This document shows, in pieces, positions 62,600 to 64,000 of a stretch of DNA of 64,000 bases. The stretch spans positions 372,001-436,000 of the forward strand of contig NW_027590135.1 of the NCBI RefSeq assembly GCF_964213995.1, given 5' to 3'. The position numbers were made by a program, and so were the translations under genes. The notes beneath the pieces were generated by a model. That model ran no database searches, was not told where the DNA came from, and saw nothing but the letters and a program-made list of their open reading frames with translations. Source of the stretch: Mustelus asterias. Taxonomy: Eukaryota. Each line of letters starts with the position of its first letter. Within the stretch, counting starts at the first letter, position 1.

Positions 62600-64000
62600 C
62601 TGGAGCAAGCAGAGAGGGAGTGATTTGTGGCAGGAGTGCTGGTGAGAGATTTATTTAATTATTTATTTTGTTAGTTAGTGTGTTTTTTGGCCTTTATTTT
62701 GAATACTATTTTTCTTTTCTTAATTTTAAACTGAAAATCGGAAGTGGGCTGCTAAGGAGTCTGGGAAGGGTTTTTTAAGCGCGCAAAGTACAAAAGGTAG
62801 GCTGCAGTATACAGCGGGCAGTGTCGGGAGCGGGCAGGGGAGTGATTGGGAAGCAGAGTGTGAGCTATAAGCGCTTTGGCTCACAGGGCTTCGGGGGACA
62901 GGGCGAGCAGGGGTGAGTTTTAATTCTTATTTACTTTTCTGAGTACCTTGGTATAAAGGGTCAAATATGAGTGTGAAGCCAGTGCGTTGTTCCCAGTGTC
63001 GGATTTGGGAGGTCCTGGAGGCACCTGGCCTCCCGGACATCCACATCTGTGAGGGGTGTGTCGAGCTGTGGTTCCTGAGGGACTGTGTTAAGGAGCTGGA
63101 ACTGCAGCTCGAGGATCTTAGGCTGTTAAGGAAGAATGAGGAGGTGATAGACAAGAGCTATCATCAGGTGGTCACACTAGGGCCACGGGTGGAGGGCAAG
63201 TGGGTGACGGCCAGGAAGGGTAAAGCTCGGGTTATTGAGAGCACCCCGGTGGATGTGCCCCTACACAACAAGTACTCCTGCCTGAATACTGCTGGGGGGG
63301 ACAGCCCGCCTGGGGGAAGCAGCAGTGGCCGTGTCTCCGGAGTGGAGTCCGGCCCTGTAACTCAGAGGGCTAAGGAAAAGAGGATGAAGGCAGTGTTAAT
63401 CGGGGACTCAACAGTAAGGGGGTCAGACAGGCGTTTTTGCGGAGGCAGGCGGGAGTCTCGGATGGTGGTTTGCCTCCTGGGGCCGGGATCCAGGATGTCG
63501 CTGGTCGACTCCCAGAAATCCTGAGGGGGAAGGGAGAGGAGCCAGAGGTAGCGGTACATGTTGGTACCGCTGATGTGGGAAGGAAGGGGGAAGGGGGTCG
63601 TGAAAAGAGAGTATAGGGAATTAGGGAGACAGCTGAGAAGGAGGAAAGCAAAGGTAATAATCTCAGGATTGCTGCCTGTGCCACAGGAAGGTGAGGGCAG
63701 GAATGGAGTGAGGTGGAGGATGAATGTGTGGCTGAGGGACTGGTGCAGGGGGCAGGGATTCAGGTTCCTGGACCATTGGAACCTCTTTAGGGGCAGGTGT
63801 GACCTGTACACACAAAACGGGTGGCACTTGAATCCCAGGGGGACCAATATCCTGGTGGGAAGGTTGGCTAAGGCTACTGGGGAGAGTTTAAACTAGATAG
63901 GTTGGGGGGAGAGGATTGAGACAAGGTGACTGGGAGCGAGGAAGTTAGCTCGCAAACAGAGAAGGGTTATAGATGGTGCAAGAGGGAGGATGGACGGGGG
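62600..64000 (+). mobile_element. 5' part of a CR1 (5'UTR plus frameshifted ORF1 62967-63896), running off the window
   Basis: CSQCRIWE...CEGCVEL, LIGDS, VIISGLLPV, DHW, GWHLNPRG; 5'UTR resembles 18065-18280. Confidence 0.88.

Overview
Eukaryotic, repeat-dense window, most likely from a shark or other elasmobranch (inferred from HE1-type tRNA-derived SINEs sharing tails with HER1/CR1 LINEs). It holds a dispersed replication-dependent histone cluster with one intact copy each of H2B, H2A, H3.2, H4 and H1, each followed by the 16-nt stem-loop. Five tRNA genes (Leu-TAA, iMet-CAT, Leu-CAG, Gly-TCC, Ser-TGA) and a tRNA-Pro 3' half are interspersed. The rest is nested CR1 LINEs (one with an intact EN+RT ORF2), SINEs, Penelope-like elements carrying minimal hammerhead motifs, a solo LTR and four minisatellites. 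The most unusual signal is a ~325-nt hairpin-rich element at 34116-34440. It starts with U2 snRNA nt 1-39, carries a second remodelled U2 stem I, ends in an A-rich tail and abuts the H2A ATG, so this H2A has no visible native promoter or 5'UTR. Other points of note: a CR1 subfamily propagating a captured ~440-bp 3'UTR module, a tRNA-Leu without a T4 terminator running into a SINE, a duplicated gene-less CCAAT module, and an orphan CpG-island promoter. Repeat boundaries were read by eye and are approximate; family names come from recalled consensus features, not database searches.
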